A stretch of 64,000 bases of DNA, taken from IMG/VR virus record IMGVR_UViG_3300023440_000001, positions 32,001 to 96,000 of that record. One strand, given 5' to 3'. Under the pieces are notes generated by a model. That model saw only the letters and a list, made by a program, of their open reading frames with translations, was not told the origin of the DNA and searched no databases. This document shows, one piece after another, positions 28,989 through 38,133 of the stretch (the first letter of the stretch is position 1; each line of letters begins with the position of its first letter). Source of the DNA: a virus. The position numbers and the translations under genes are program-made.

Positions 28989-29193
28989 GCTAATGAGGCC
29001 TCCTCTCTGGGGGTCCGGGCAGAGTTTCCTCCTCCTTTTGCTCACCCGGGCTCCCAGTGAGTAGGTTCGCCCATCCGACTTACACCGCTATTCATAGGTG
29101 ACTGCCCCTAGGTTGGGGTCAGTCGGCAATGGGCACTGTGGCACCACGCCGGGCATGTCGCCGAAGTGGTGTCCAGCCATGGAGGAGTATACC

Positions 29194-29520
29194 ATGGCTA
29201 TCTATAATATGGAATTGAGTCAAACTTCAATGTCCGCCCCGAACGGTGGACCTGTATTCTTATTAAAGGTCGGGTTCGGCGACCCGGCAACCAACGCCGA
29301 GATCGTTCCGTTCGTCGCCGAAAACGCTCCCGACGCAAACGGCGCAGTACTGTTAATTAACGGGCCCGCCAGCCTTCCGGTGGCAATGGCGCTGGCTCAC
29401 AAATACGCTCATGTATTCGGGGCCGTGGCGGCCTTCGACCCGAAGTTATCCGGGTACGTAGTCGCCATTAGCCACGATCCCGAGTTACCGGTCGGCAAAG
29501 TGCTGAAGTTCGATATGTAA
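29194..29520 (+). CDS. csx3: Csx3/Crn3-family CRISPR ring nuclease
   Basis: LKVGFGDPA...INGPASLPVAMALAHKYAHVFGAVAAFDPKL...YVVAISHDP; His-x8-Asp spacing; GGAGGAG RBS. Confidence 0.8.
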   Translation: MAIYNMELSQTSMSAPNGGPVFLLKVGFGDPATNAEIVPFVAENAPDANGAVLLINGPASLPVAMALAHKYAHVFGAVAAFDPKLSGYVVAISHDPELPVGKVLKFDM

Positions 29521-29559
29521 TATGCCGACCGGCGACCTGGGCATGTCGTTAAACTGCCC

Positions 29560-29623
29560 CGTCGACCGGGCGACGTAAAATAGGCCTTAGGCCCGGTGCG
29601 GCTCCGCTTCGGCGGAGCGTGGT
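29560..29623 (+). ncRNA. Pistol self-cleaving ribozyme
   Basis: P1 CGTCG/CGACG, loop ACCGGG pairs CCCGGT, AAA linker, UAG, P2 GCC/GGT, GCG, P3 GCTCCGC-TTCG-GCGGAGC, GU site 29619/29620. Confidence 0.85.
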
Positions 29624-29638
29624 AACCAAACAACAGAG

Positions 29639-30004
29639 GTGACCATGATCGATATTAAACGTGCCACATCGGGCGTCTATGCCGCTGGGCGCCTGATGAA
29701 TGACATAACTGCGGCGGCAATTCGCCTTGCGGATGAGCCGGCTGTCCGCGAGGCTATCAAAGCCGGGAAGGAAGTCATCGTTGATGTAGACTTCCGGACC
29801 GGTGAAGTCCGGCTGATAACCAACCCCAGCCGGGTCGGTGAATACCTGGCAAAGGCCGAACGTGTCTTCGAGCCCAGCCAGGTCACCGAAATGCCCTGGC
29901 CGCATTGGTGCCATGCCATGTGCGAAGCCGGGGCACAATGGACGGACTTCATCTACAAAGATGACATTGTAAATGAAGTCCGTGCCTGGCTGGATCAGCT
30001 GTAA
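29639..30004 (+). CDS. Hypothetical early protein
   Basis: 121-aa ORF right after ribozyme. Confidence 0.65.
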   Translation: MTMIDIKRATSGVYAAGRLMNDITAAAIRLADEPAVREAIKAGKEVIVDVDFRTGEVRLITNPSRVGEYLAKAERVFEPSQVTEMPWPHWCHAMCEAGAQWTDFIYKDDIVNEVRAWLDQL

Positions 30005-30014
30005 GCTCGTCACT

Positions 30015-30061
30015 GCCACCGGTCTGGTGACCCGGAACGGGTTCGATTCCCGTTCGGTGGC
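30015..30061 (+). ncRNA. Mini tRNA-like element without anticodon arm
   Basis: GCCACCG/CGGTGGC acceptor, GTC-TGGT-GAC hairpin, AACGGG-TTCGATT-CCCGTT T-arm. Confidence 0.65.
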
Positions 30062-30082
30062 CTAAGTGATTAAAGGAGGGAC

Positions 30083-30514
30083 GTGATGAAACGCATTGAA
30101 ATCAATGGAATGTCTCCGACACAGATAATGGAACGCTATGGCGTTCACCGCGGAACGGCTTATCGTGCCGTAAAGCGCGGGTATCTGTGCCTGGATTATC
30201 ATAAACGGCAGATTGTGATCGATCCGGCACGCGCCGAGGAGAACCTCGACCTGATTCAGATGGTCGTGGAGCAAACCCTCTGGCGTAAGTTCGGGTGGAT
30301 CCGCAATAAAGCCGACGCCCGCAGCGAAGCCATTCTCGGCCTGCTGGAGCTGACGGGTCATCCAGACTTTGGCAATAAGAACTGGATGATCACGGTTGTC
30401 CAGAATCGGCTGCGGGATTTCGCCAAGAAAGAACGTAATTACCTGCGCCGAGCCAGCAGCCTCGACGCAATGCCCAATTATGAGGCACTGCTGGTAGTGG
30501 CGCCTGAACTATAA
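30083..30514 (+). CDS. N-terminal HTH + sigma70 region-2-like protein
   Basis: SPTQIMERYGVHRGTAYRA HTH; ENLDLIQMVV...DARSEAILGLLE...WMITVVQNRLRDF...SLDA. Confidence 0.55.
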   Translation: MMKRIEINGMSPTQIMERYGVHRGTAYRAVKRGYLCLDYHKRQIVIDPARAEENLDLIQMVVEQTLWRKFGWIRNKADARSEAILGLLELTGHPDFGNKNWMITVVQNRLRDFAKKERNYLRRASSLDAMPNYEALLVVAPEL

Positions 30515-30536
30515 ACCCAAAACACAGGAGGTACTT

Positions 30537-31124
30537 ATGAGACCCGTAAAGATCCTCACTCGGTTTACCGAAGACTTTGCGCGCATCTGGGAACCCATGT
30601 GGTTCGAAAACCCAGATGAAACGCGCCAGACAAACAGCTTCCGCGTGGCCAGAGAGTATTGCAAACGCCCACACCACCCGCCGGCAGTTTATCTGCGCCT
30701 TCCAGATGGTATGACACCTGACGATATGATTGGGAAGCTAGTAAACATCGTGATTACTGACGGGCCTAATGCCCGCGGTACAGAACGGATTCTCAAACTT
30801 CGTGTGTTCGAGGCCACCATCGCCACAACACCGAAGTATGAAACCGTTGTAGTAGGTTGGGGTGCTTACGGAAAGTGCGAGCCGGGTTATAAGGAACATA
30901 CTCCAGTAATCGGTAACATAGCTCAGACGATCGATTCCGCTGGTCGAGTTGAGGTAGCTGGTAACTTCGCCATTGTCCATCTGAGTCTGAGAACCTATTC
31001 CAGTACCGGTCGTGCCTGGTCTGATCTACACGTCCTGTTCAAGAAACCGGATATCGATATACCTGTATGGGACTACTGGCGCGGTATGAACCAAATTGTG
31101 CGCGACGAGATCTACCATGTCTGA
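30537..31124 (+). CDS. Hypothetical early protein
   Basis: Preceded by AACCCAAAACACAGGAGG leader. Confidence 0.7.
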   Translation: MRPVKILTRFTEDFARIWEPMWFENPDETRQTNSFRVAREYCKRPHHPPAVYLRLPDGMTPDDMIGKLVNIVITDGPNARGTERILKLRVFEATIATTPKYETVVVGWGAYGKCEPGYKEHTPVIGNIAQTIDSAGRVEVAGNFAIVHLSLRTYSSTGRAWSDLHVLFKKPDIDIPVWDYWRGMNQIVRDEIYHV

Positions 31125-31488
31125 TATACAGATTGTGGGAGCTGCGGCTCCCCACAACCGGGTGCATCTGAGATAAGGTGTACCCAGTTGTGACTATTAA
31201 ACTGAGGAGGTGTGTCATGCCGCCTCAATTCCGGAGGCTTATGTTGAGCCAATTCAATTGGAGGAAACAGCCGATGAAGCCAACTTATAATCTTAAGACC
31301 GCTCGACGGATCAACGACATCAAGTACGCCCGTAAGTATGCAAAACGGGCCGACCGTCGCAGCTACCGTCGTGGAATTGCCCGTGAATCACGGGCTATCA
31401 ATAAGGCCATCCGCCAGGAAGGCAAGATGCTTATTCGCCAGGCTCTGGAAGAGCTAGAACTGTACTACTATTAAACCATGGAGGTACT

Positions 31489-31683
31489 ATGGAACACCTG
31501 TATCTGATTTCCAAGCACAACTACCAGTCCCTCGCGGACATGAAAGCAGCTGTTGATTTAATCCGTGAGATGGGTGCCAAGAACCGTGGTGTTTTCTACC
31601 CACTGTCTGGTTTTGTGTTTGCGCTTCCACGGCAGCTCAAGCCGTCTGAGAAGGAAGCGCTGCAGGTAGTTGATTTCAAGTAA
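31489..31683 (+). CDS. Hypothetical early protein
   Basis: GGAGG RBS. Confidence 0.6.
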   Translation: MEHLYLISKHNYQSLADMKAAVDLIREMGAKNRGVFYPLSGFVFALPRQLKPSEKEALQVVDFK

Positions 31684-31692
31684 GCCGATTAA

Positions 31693-31740
31693 TGCCCCAC
31701 TTCGTTATCAGGCGACGCTGGTTCGCGACCAGGTGGGGCA
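31693..31740 (+). ncRNA. Mini tRNA-like element (copy 2)
   Basis: TGCCCCAC/GTGGGGCA stem, TCGT-TATCAG-GCGA, CTGG-TTCGCGA-CCAG. Confidence 0.55.
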
Positions 31741-31772
31741 CTATCCACTAAAACAATGGAGGTGCAACTAGA

Positions 31773-32099
31773 GTGACCTACTACCACATCTCGCATATTC
31801 CTGGCCTGCGGGAACTGCGCCCGTTTCAAGGCCGGGTTTACGTTACCACCAGAGGCTGGATCGCCTACTGGGCTGCCTGGGTCTCCGGTAAGCACGATCG
31901 CCCGCATGACGAGCTGTATGTCTATCGGGTCGACGTACCGGATGACGCTGTTATCGGTTGCGGTATCGAAAGCGCTGTGGTGGGTGACTTCTACGTCGAA
32001 ACGGATAAACCGCTCCCGGTAACGCAGCTGGATTGGGACTTTCGTCGCAATCGGGAGCGGAAACGACATATCAATAAGTATCGGCTTTGTGACCGTTGA
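31773..32099 (+). CDS. Hypothetical early protein
   Basis: GGAGG RBS, 108 aa. Confidence 0.6.
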   Translation: MTYYHISHIPGLRELRPFQGRVYVTTRGWIAYWAAWVSGKHDRPHDELYVYRVDVPDDAVIGCGIESAVVGDFYVETDKPLPVTQLDWDFRRNRERKRHINKYRLCDR

Positions 32100-32359
32100 G
32101 CCATTCTCAGCTGAGATAAATCAACGCTGTCAGCTGCCTGTCCATTGTCGCCCTGGGTTCTGCCCAGGGTCTCGATAGGCAGGTACACCAACCCAAAACA
32201 CAGGAGGTATCTATATGAAATACTACAAAGTGAAGTACCCGTCCGGATCTGTGGTCGAGTACAACGAAGATGAGTTCTTCTACTGGCTGGGTTGTGGGCA
32301 GCTGCACGGCTGCCGACTGTTAGAAGTCAGAGACGAAACCAAAACACAGGAGGCAAATC

Positions 32360-32557
32360 ATGGATTACAGCAAGATTCGCGGCGGCCACGGTCGTCCCAG
32401 CATGGTTCATACGCCCAAACCTAAACGTCGCCCCAAATATCGTGATGAGTACGACTTCACTCCACTGAGTGAGATGCGCGACTGTCCGGAGTGTGGCGAA
32501 CCCGATAGCATGGATCACGAGCACTGCCGGCTCTGCGGCTGGCCGTATAAGAAGTAG
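32360..32557 (+). CDS. Small Zn-ribbon protein
   Basis: CPEC...CRLC; conserved leader. Confidence 0.65.
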   Translation: MDYSKIRGGHGRPSMVHTPKPKRRPKYRDEYDFTPLSEMRDCPECGEPDSMDHEHCRLCGWPYKK

Positions 32558-32607
32558 ACAGTTTGGGAAGCATCAGGGAGATACACGAATCATATACTCT
32601 CCTTCGA

Positions 32608-32679
32608 GAATCCCCCTGCAATAAGGAACGCAGTCCCATATGGGAAAGGATAGGGGTTCGAATCCCCGGGGGATTCCCA
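32608..32679 (+). ncRNA. Degenerate tRNA-like RNA ending in CCA
   Basis: GAATCCCCC/GGGGGATTC stem, D-like arm, GGGG-TTCGAAT-CCCC T-arm; poor anticodon stem. Confidence 0.55.
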
Positions 32680-32726
32680 TGTCCTAATTAATCGTAAGTC
32701 CAACCCAAAACACAGGAGGTATCACT

Positions 32727-33221
32727 ATGGCAAGTACAACTCGTATTCCCCAGCATTTCTATATTGCTGGGCTGTCCAATGGTTTCATCAATGTCGTCCA
32801 TGGCCGAAACGGTCTGCAATGGAAAGCGGTTACGGCTGATCGCAAGACCGCCCGGCAGCTGAGACAGGACATCATGGACGGCAAGTTTAATCCCAAACAC
32901 GTCCGGATCAAGAAGCCCGATCGCACGCTGTCCGGCGGTCGCGTGAAGAAGTGGCTGGCGCTGTATTACAAAGGCAAGAACGCCCTGTGGTTAAACGGCT
33001 CCAACGGTCGCTTCGACATGAGCTTCGCCGATCGTCTCATCGGTCAGCTGACCCAGAAGCTGGCAACTGTCAAGACCATTGACGAGCTGACCACGCTCTG
33101 GAAACGCATGACCGGTATTTACGGCAAGCCGGATAAGAACGGTTACATGCCGGCCTTCACACCGGAGTTCAACAAGCAGATCATCGCCATGTTCAAGGCC
33201 CGCAAAGCACAACTCAAGTAA
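32727..33221 (+). CDS. Hypothetical early protein
   Basis: Conserved leader + RBS, 164 aa. Confidence 0.7.
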   Translation: MASTTRIPQHFYIAGLSNGFINVVHGRNGLQWKAVTADRKTARQLRQDIMDGKFNPKHVRIKKPDRTLSGGRVKKWLALYYKGKNALWLNGSNGRFDMSFADRLIGQLTQKLATVKTIDELTTLWKRMTGIYGKPDKNGYMPAFTPEFNKQIIAMFKARKAQLK

Positions 33222-33253
33222 ACATCCAACCCAAAACGCAGGAGGTAAGTATC

Positions 33254-33466
33254 GTGGCCAACGTCAAAGCAATCATGCTGCGTGCCCGTCAGGCCGCCAA
33301 ACGCTCTGTTCAAAGGTCCCGGACCGTCTACTCAACGGATCCGGAAGTCAAACTGGAACTGCAGGAGCGACGCAAGAAGCACGAACGCCGCAAACAGAGT
33401 GAGATCCGCAAGCTGTATCTGACAGAAACATCCCGTGGGCGTAGCTGGCACGACTTTCTGGTGTAG
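33254..33466 (+). CDS. Hypothetical basic protein
   Basis: Conserved leader, GTG start. Confidence 0.6.
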   Translation: MANVKAIMLRARQAAKRSVQRSRTVYSTDPEVKLELQERRKKHERRKQSEIRKLYLTETSRGRSWHDFLV

Positions 33467-33503
33467 ACTGCCAGTCTACGCATTCCCGTTTCATTCACTC
33501 CCC
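33461..33503 (+). promoter_or_regulatory. Bipartite element GTGTAGACTGNCAGTCTAC + ATTCACTCCC (also 38131, 50484, 61014; 20320 minus)
   Basis: Palindrome centre to ATTC box is 22 bp in every copy. Confidence 0.7.
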
Positions 33504-33642
33504 AGGAGGTAGATGAAATGTTTAAACTGGTTCTGTATTTGATGTTCGCCCTGTACCCCTTTATGGTATGGGGCCTATATAAACTCATCCGGGCGTTTGA
33601 CCGCGTCCGGCAAACCAAAACCCAAAACGTGGAGGTAAAGTC

Positions 33643-33939
33643 ATGAAACATCTGAAACGTGCAAAGGGCAGTGCCCGTCGTGCTATCAAACATCATAAAG
33701 GCTACATCTATCATCTGCTGCGCAAAGCCACTGATGTAAGTCGATTCGACGTCCACTTCTCCAACGAACCGCGGGATCTGATGAGAGTCGTCAAACGTAT
33801 CTGGCCGCTGATTAAAGATGACCCCCGCATCAGCTGCTACGCCAAAAGCCCGGAATCCTTCCGTAACTACGAGATTGCCCGGGCCGCTCGATTCGCAATC
33901 AAAGACGGTGCCATTAAGGCACTGCATCAACACCTATAA
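33643..33939 (+). CDS. Hypothetical protein
   Basis: Conserved leader. Confidence 0.65.
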   Translation: MKHLKRAKGSARRAIKHHKGYIYHLLRKATDVSRFDVHFSNEPRDLMRVVKRIWPLIKDDPRISCYAKSPESFRNYEIARAARFAIKDGAIKALHQHL

Positions 33940-33964
33940 ACCCAAAACACAGGAGGTAAGTATC

Positions 33965-34396
33965 GTGAAAAAGCATGATCACAACAAACAAGGTGGTATT
34001 AATCTCAGCCCTGAAGAACTGCAAATCATACAGGGCATGGTGTTATTAAGCAGCGGTATCAAAGCCAAGGCCAAGAAAAGCAAGCTGTTCGGCCTGTTCA
34101 AGAAAGAGTCCAAATCGGTCAGCACCAAAGAGATGCTGGATCGTATCCAGGATGCTCAGGTGCGCGCAAAGGCCAACGAACTTGTCAACGCCATGAAAGC
34201 TGCCGAATGGGGTGTAAAGATCCACGGTCAGCTGTCCAAGTCCATAGCCAAGATGGGTGCCTTCGCCAAAGCCGTTGCTACCGGTAAACCGCCCAAACAG
34301 GTTGCTGAATACTATGAGAAACTCCAGGCACTCGCTCAAGAACTCAATCAACAGGAAGCGCTCGGAAACGAGCAGCATCCACACATTGACCAATAA
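33965..34396 (+). CDS. Hypothetical protein
   Basis: Conserved leader, GTG start 33965. Confidence 0.65.
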   Translation: MKKHDHNKQGGINLSPEELQIIQGMVLLSSGIKAKAKKSKLFGLFKKESKSVSTKEMLDRIQDAQVRAKANELVNAMKAAEWGVKIHGQLSKSIAKMGAFAKAVATGKPPKQVAEYYEKLQALAQELNQQEALGNEQHPHIDQ

Positions 34397-34411
34397 AGAA
34401 AGGAGTTATCT

Positions 34412-34477
34412 GTGGGCGTAACAGAACTCATCGTCATGACCGCTGCATGTGCGGTCGTAATGATCATCATCATGTAA
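34412..34477 (+). CDS. 21-aa hydrophobic peptide MGVTELIVMTAACAVVMIIIM
   Basis: AAGGAG RBS; paralog at 36542. Confidence 0.6.
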   Translation: MGVTELIVMTAACAVVMIIIM

Positions 34478-34535
34478 GCTAACGGGGGTCGCCGTATGGC
34501 CCCCATTTATTAACACATAACAAGTGAGGTACGCT

Positions 34536-34961
34536 ATGGCAAGCTTTAATCAAGTCATCTTAGTGGGTCGGCTTGGCACCGATGCCGAAATCCGTGAAGT
34601 CGGCAAGTCCACCGTGGCCAAAGTCCGTCTGGCGACTAACTATCGCTACAAAGACAAAGACGGCAACTGGACCGATGGCACCGACTGGCACACTGTTAAT
34701 ATCTGGAATCCCAGTGAAGCCCTTCAGAAATACCTGAAGAAAGGGGCCCAGATCATGGTCACCGGCGAGTTGCGCGAACGCAGCTACGACGACAAAGACG
34801 GTAATCGCCGCTACGTGACCGAAGTGTCAGTCACCGCCCGGAATGTCGTCCTGTTGGGAAGCGGAAACGGCAAAGGCAAAACCGATATCGCCGAACCCGA
34901 TGAAGTGGAAGAACCCGTCGATTCGTCCGTCGAAGACGATGATGACGGCGTTCCGTTTTAA
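34536..34961 (+). CDS. ssb: Single-stranded DNA-binding protein
   Basis: NQVILVGRLG, TDWH, acidic tail DDDDGVPF. Confidence 0.95.
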   Translation: MASFNQVILVGRLGTDAEIREVGKSTVAKVRLATNYRYKDKDGNWTDGTDWHTVNIWNPSEALQKYLKKGAQIMVTGELRERSYDDKDGNRRYVTEVSVTARNVVLLGSGNGKGKTDIAEPDEVEEPVDSSVEDDDDGVPF

Positions 34962-35248
34962 GCAGCTGTGAACCCGACCCCCGCGAGGCGCGAAGCGCCG
35001 AGCGGATGGTCATATAATGGTAAGGGTAGTATAATGAAAGAAGCTTTAAGTCTCACATCACATCAGGTGGAGCGTATCACCGAAATACTGAAGGAATATG
35101 GTAAACTGGGAGTCAATCTCGCCAGTGAAGTCGCATGCCATCAAGTAACAGAAGCAATCCTGGAAGTTCTCCCCCCAAACCCCCGCGAAGCGGGGGGTAG
35201 TGGCAGTGACATAACTGATTATGAAACAACCAATAACGGAGGTATTAC

Positions 35249-35854
35249 ATGGCAACGAAACTGAAAGTGAGAATCACCCGACCCATCAATGAACTATCTC
35301 CCAGAGTCCAGGCATGGATTGCCAAGTATAACATCAAGTTTGACCGCTACGGCTATGCCGACGCTCCACGGTCAAATGAAAACGATCTCTACGGAGAGTC
35401 AAACAACTACCATGTGCCACTGGACCCACAGGTCTGGGTATATCAAACACTGGACAACAAGTACTATTTCACCACCGGAAAGGCTCCTATCCACGAACGT
35501 CGCCGCATGGTCACTCACCCGCTGATTGTTGTCGTTAAAGACGGAAATGATGTCTACATTGGCAGACGTGAGGTCATTCGTGGACAGGAAGTAGCAACAT
35601 TGCACGAAGAAGTGCTGTATTCTGGGCCAGTTGAGTGCCTACCACCCCACCTAACCTTCTATGAAGCTCTCCATACTCAAGTCGTTCTGGAAGAGCTTCG
35701 CATGAAAGAAGATCCCGATTACTTTGCCAGAGTGTTGAAGAAAAGGCATTTCAGACGTAGACGATTAACTGGTAGGGGCAATAGTAATGGAAGACGTAAA
35801 CGCTTCAGTAGAAAGAGAAAGCCTTGGTTAATTAGGAAGGGGAAAAGTCAATGA
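35249..35854 (+). CDS. Hypothetical protein
   Basis: GGAGG RBS, 201 aa. Confidence 0.65.
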   Translation: MATKLKVRITRPINELSPRVQAWIAKYNIKFDRYGYADAPRSNENDLYGESNNYHVPLDPQVWVYQTLDNKYYFTTGKAPIHERRRMVTHPLIVVVKDGNDVYIGRREVIRGQEVATLHEEVLYSGPVECLPPHLTFYEALHTQVVLEELRMKEDPDYFARVLKKRHFRRRRLTGRGNSNGRRKRFSRKRKPWLIRKGKSQ

Positions 35855-36483
35855 GCGCATTCGAACTAATCAAAGCATTTGAAGAGATTCATCGTCATCT
35901 GGAAGAAGCGTTCGGTCCGCTACCCGGTAAGAAGCTTACGGTAGAAGAAGAGTTTGATCGATTTGCAGATGAGATGATGAATAAGGGTAACCGGCACGTC
36001 AAGTCGGCTGCCAGCCCGGACATTGCTGAATTGGCCAACGAAGTAAATCGCCTGTATGTAGAGAATGGTCAGCTCAAGTCGGAATTGAATGAGCTGAAAG
36101 ACGCCTACGAGCAAATGCGTAGTGCAGCGCATCGCAGAGGTAAGCAGCTATCATCTTTGGAAGAGAGTATTCAGAGTGAGCTTCGTTCTGTGATGGATGA
36201 GAACGTTCGTCTTCAGAAGACTGTGGATGAGCTACGTGATAATAACAGTGATCTGGTTCAGGCGATTAATCAGGTGACCAAGGAACGTGATGAGTTGAGG
36301 CTTCAGTTGAAGAAGATGCACGAGTTCTTCCAGGACTTTAACTCTATTGACTGGAATGAGTTCGTGCAGGTTGTTGAAGCGTACAGGAATTCGTTTGATG
36401 AGATCAAGGACTTCTTTGAGTATATAGAAGAGCTTGCTCGTGCTCTGGATAGCAAGAAGGATAATGGTGGTTTTGATGGTTGA
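35851..36483 (+). CDS. Coiled-coil protein
   Basis: Heptad pattern over about 100 aa. Confidence 0.65.
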   Translation: MSAFELIKAFEEIHRHLEEAFGPLPGKKLTVEEEFDRFADEMMNKGNRHVKSAASPDIAELANEVNRLYVENGQLKSELNELKDAYEQMRSAAHRRGKQLSSLEESIQSELRSVMDENVRLQKTVDELRDNNSDLVQAINQVTKERDELRLQLKKMHEFFQDFNSIDWNEFVQVVEAYRNSFDEIKDFFEYIEELARALDSKKDNGGFDG

Positions 36484-36541
36484 AATGATTCCCCCGCGCC
36501 CCGAAGGGGCGCGCCCTTAACCCCAATGCAATGGAGGAATC

Positions 36542-36607
36542 ATGGGAATAGGTGAGATGGTTGCCATGACTGCTATGTGTGCGCTGGTGATGATTATCAT
36601 CATGTAG
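36542..36607 (+). CDS. 21-aa hydrophobic peptide MGIGEMVAMTAMCALVMIIIM
   Basis: GGAGG RBS; paralog at 34412. Confidence 0.6.
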   Translation: MGIGEMVAMTAMCALVMIIIM

Positions 36608-36696
36608 CACTGTAGTAGTCTATGACCGTGAGACTTGAGCATTGGTGATATGCTCGAGTCTCTCTTTATCAGATGCAATAAAAGGGGTAATGTGCT

Positions 36697-37212
36697 ATGT
36701 CTATTGGTAAGAAGAGTGAGTATATCTATCTCACTAATCATCAGTACTGGTTGGTGGAACAACGGTCATTTGTATTTCCTGATTGGATTCAGAGTATTCA
36801 GATTGGTGATCCTACGCCGAACCAGCTGAAGTATTCAATCGCCCGGGATACGGTTTATAACTTCCGTATTCTATCGTATGATAACTTTGTGTATCTATGT
36901 CGGTATGTACGATCCGATGAGGTCAAGCCAATTGAGATGTCGGACTGGTGGAAGAATACGCTTGCCAAGATGAATAAGTATGGGTATCAGACTCCGTTGG
37001 ATCCGCCCGATGTGATTGTAAAGCTGGTTCTGTCTATTATTGGTGCCGGCCACTTTAAAACGCAGCCGGTGTTCTATAAGATTGAGAATGGTATTATCCC
37101 ACCAGATCCACGGGTGCTGTTGAATATTAAGAAGACAGCTGAAGAAGAAGACGCCGCCCCGGCGGAAGATTATCTGGTTACTGCTTATAAAGACATCTTT
37201 GGAGGTATTTGA
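36697..37212 (+). CDS. Hypothetical protein
   Basis: 171-aa ORF. Confidence 0.6.
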   Translation: MSIGKKSEYIYLTNHQYWLVEQRSFVFPDWIQSIQIGDPTPNQLKYSIARDTVYNFRILSYDNFVYLCRYVRSDEVKPIEMSDWWKNTLAKMNKYGYQTPLDPPDVIVKLVLSIIGAGHFKTQPVFYKIENGIIPPDPRVLLNIKKTAEEEDAAPAEDYLVTAYKDIFGGI

Positions 37213-37369
37213 ATGCAGACGTTTCAGTGTAAGAATCCGGCCTGTATATATAACACATTTACGTTCTCGTTGAACGTTCTTCACGGTGATCTAAATGAAG
37301 TAACCTGCCCAAACTGTGGATCACTTGCCATATTACTTGGCTCAGGTGAATTAACTCCCATGAAAGGAG

Positions 37370-38133
37370 ATGACTATGCAGCTGATATTAACCGGTCTGT
37401 TGACGGGCCTGTTAACGTTCCTGGCATTCGTAATGCTGATTGAGAAGATGCCGCCCATTATGAGAGAGTTTCTCTATGGTCACTACCTGCTAACGGATGT
37501 TGGGTTTACCGTGTTGAGTTTCTTGCTGTTACCGGTAGTCGGTACCAGCACGCTTATCGCAACAGCGTTCTTCTGTATACTGTTCTCGTTGTATTTAGCT
37601 GTTATGCGATCTGTAAGACCCTGGAGAAAGGTCACTCTGGGCGGTAAGAGATTCATTTATATACAGAAAGGAGCTCCACATGCTTCGTAGTCGTATTGCA
37701 TTTAGGACACTTTATCTGATTAGTATCATCCTTGTTAATGTAGTGATATGGTTTCTGGCACTATCTGCTATAGTCAACAGGTACGTCCCGGGTTTCATGA
37801 TCACACCAGTTCTACGGTTCGAGAACCGGTTATCTGATAAGATGGTCGATCTGGCATACAAATCACTTAATGCTCTACGTGTTATAAACGCAGAGATGGA
37901 GCGTCAGATAATCATTAAAGAATCACAGATTGGAGGTGTTTGATATGGTTATTCTTATTTGGGCTTTGATGGGGTTCTTAACTGCTCTGGTAGCAGATCA
38001 AAAGAAGCGCAATGTGCCCTTATGGGCTGCCATGGGTTTCCTGTTTGGTATCTTCGCATTGTTGGTTGTGTTGGCTCTACCATCAGCTGAAGATAAACAG
38101 GTGCCGCCATCTTCTAATACGTTAGTCCAGTAG
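37370..38133 (+). CDS. Three small membrane proteins (37370..37690, 37680..37943, 37945..38133)
   Basis: Hydrophobic ORFs, each with an RBS. Confidence 0.55.

Noticed and set aside
29521-29545. ZTP riboswitch-like CCTGGGC stem
   Set aside because: The upstream riboswitch domain is absent and would fall inside csx3
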